DNA of 34,165 nucleotides from a virus. Taxonomy: Duplodnaviria > Caudoviricetes. A model generated the notes under the pieces. That model saw nothing but the letters and a program-made list of their open reading frames with translations. It searched no databases and was not told where the DNA came from. Below, piece after piece: positions 32,921 through 34,165 of this stretch; positions within the stretch are counted from its first letter, which is position 1, and each line of letters begins with the position of its first letter. The translations under genes and the position numbers were made by a program. The DNA lies in IMG/VR virus record IMGVR_UViG_3300032320_000196, positions 1 to 34,165 of that record. One strand, written 5' to 3'.

Positions 32921-33564
32921 TAGATTGCCACAAAGTTGTCTTCAGGATAACGAGTGGACTCCATCGCAATAGCGTCAGAGAGCATTCCTCTAAACAAAGC
33001 ATAAGCCTCAGAAGAGTTTGTTCCACCATCTTCACCACGCTCAATCAAAGCACGAGCATAGGCACTTTGAGCAACCAAATAGTCCAAGACCTTAACTGAA
33101 GTACCATCAGCAGTGAGATTGGCTTGTGGGATGGTTACATCAAACTTCAATGTATAAACACCATTAGGAACAGGATACAAATCCACCTTTGTATCACCAT
33201 TGCCATCTGAGCCATTAAAGCAATATTCAGTAGGAACGCCTTGAACTGGTGTGCCAAAGTTCAACTTGCGGTTCATGTCTGAAACTGCAATGTTGCTCAA
33301 TACAATATAGTTTGTCGTATTAAGAGCTTCAGCAATACGAAACTTCTGACCAGTACCAGTTAAAGAATAAGAACTTGTACCATTAGCAGTGGTAACTGTT
33401 ACTGTCTGGTTTAAGACATTCCAAGTGTATGTATCTTCAATCTGACGCTTGGCATCATTAACAAACTTGCCAATCAAAGAAGAATAGGTTGTTTCGCCAA
33501 CAGTAGATACTGTGCTTTCACGCAAGCGAATCAACACATCGTTAACAAGTTCTAAGTAGGTCAT
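32920..33564 (-). CDS. Head-tail adaptor (tail tubular protein A-like)
   Basis: MTYLELVNDVLIRLRE start, LYPVP motif. Confidence 0.8.
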   Translation of the reverse strand: MTYLELVNDVLIRLRESTVSTVGETTYSSLIGKFVNDAKRQIEDTYTWNVLNQTVTVTTANGTSSYSLTGTGQKFRIAEALNTTNYIVLSNIAVSDMNRKLNFGTPVQGVPTEYCFNGSDGNGDTKVDLYPVPNGVYTLKFDVTIPQANLTADGTSVKVLDYLVAQSAYARALIERGEDGGTNSSEAYALFRGMLSDAIAMESTRYPEDNFVAI

Positions 33565-33896
33565 GTTCGTTGCGCTCCTGATACTTCAAATGTTGCAAGT
33601 ACAGACATTGTTGAGCCAGCCTCAGAAGTAGTGGTTAAATAATCACCTTCTTCCATCACAAAATATTGTGTGTCTGAAATAAGCGTTAATGTTGTTCTTG
33701 CTGATAAAACTTGTTCGCTAACAATTAAAGTTGATGTAGCAGTACTTGCGTCATACCAACTAAATGAAATGTGTTTGCTTGGAGCTGTGTTACAAACGTG
33801 AATTAAGACGCACCTTGCATAGTATCCAGTAGGCACTGTATACAGCGTAGTAGCTGTATTAGCAGTTAAATTCTTACTGATAGATACTGGTCTCAC
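33561..33896 (-). CDS. Small beta-sandwich virion protein
   Basis: TTLYTVP...VMEEGD pattern, coupled. Confidence 0.7.
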   Translation of the reverse strand: MRPVSISKNLTANTATTLYTVPTGYYARCVLIHVCNTAPSKHISFSWYDASTATSTLIVSEQVLSARTTLTLISDTQYFVMEEGDYLTTTSEAGSTMSVLATFEVSGAQRT

Positions 33897-34165
33897 TTCA
33901 TATTCCTCTTAGAGATCGCTTTAGCCTTAGCCTTAGCGTCTTCCTTGGACGTTGCGCCCCAAGCTCTAAGAGAAAGTAAAAGTCGGGTAGGCTTTCCATC
34001 TTTCATCTCAGCGCCAGGCATATTGCCCATTCGTGCTAAAAAGGATGCCCTACGAGGGTTATCTCCCGACTTAACTGGTGGTTTTAAATTGCCACCTGTT
34101 TCTGCATTATACGATGCTCTGCCTTTAGCATTCAAGCCCCCTTTGGGGTTTTGATGCGCTTTTAA
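33893..34165 (-). CDS. DUF6321-like basic protein (3' part; start at 129 across the junction)
   Basis: GGLNAKGRASYN..NLKPP..RRASFLARM..SLRAW. Confidence 0.85.
   Translation of the reverse strand, partial: LKAHQNPKGGLNAKGRASYNAETGGNLKPPVKSGDNPRRASFLARMGNMPGAEMKDGKPTRLLLSLRAWGATSKEDAKAKAKAISKRNMK
34043..34165. repeat. Terminal direct repeat, right copy
   Basis: Identical to 1..123. Confidence 0.95.

Noticed and set aside
34043-34165. Terminal repeat as real phage termini
   Set aside because: It falls mid-gene in the late operon; typical assembler overlap of a circular or permuted genome

Overview
The window is an apparently complete, circularly assembled ~34.04 kb dsDNA tailed-phage genome (1..123 is identical to 34043..34165, and a gene runs across that junction). 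The architecture is that of a P22/T7-like podovirus. One long minus-strand late operon runs terS, terL, an inserted HEXXH protein, portal, scaffold, major capsid, small basic proteins, adaptor, nozzle, tail fibre with C-terminal chaperone, three ejection proteins, membrane microproteins, Rz with embedded Rz1, and a GH19 endolysin. There is a lambdoid-type replication/recombination region (DUF1376 initiator with internal iterons, RusA, PAPS-reductase-like protein, Sak-type annealase, HNH, SSB-like protein, MazG) and a short AT-rich plus-strand early operon with a GP88-like Cys-rich protein. I see no integrase, DNA polymerase, tRNA or CRISPR. Spanins and a CTG-N10-CAG SOS box imply a Gram-negative, probably beta/gamma-proteobacterial host (inference). 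The most interesting signal is non-coding. The ~240 bp upstream of terS is tiled with host transcription-factor-like sites: tandem LexA boxes, two Fur boxes and four copies of an AGGGTTTACCCT palindrome. The same palindrome sits at a near-constant class-II-activator distance from four promoters, and two convergent Pho-box-like promoters bracket a phosphoesterase module. The phage looks wired into, or acts as a decoy for, several host stress regulons. Family names come from motif recognition, not database searches.
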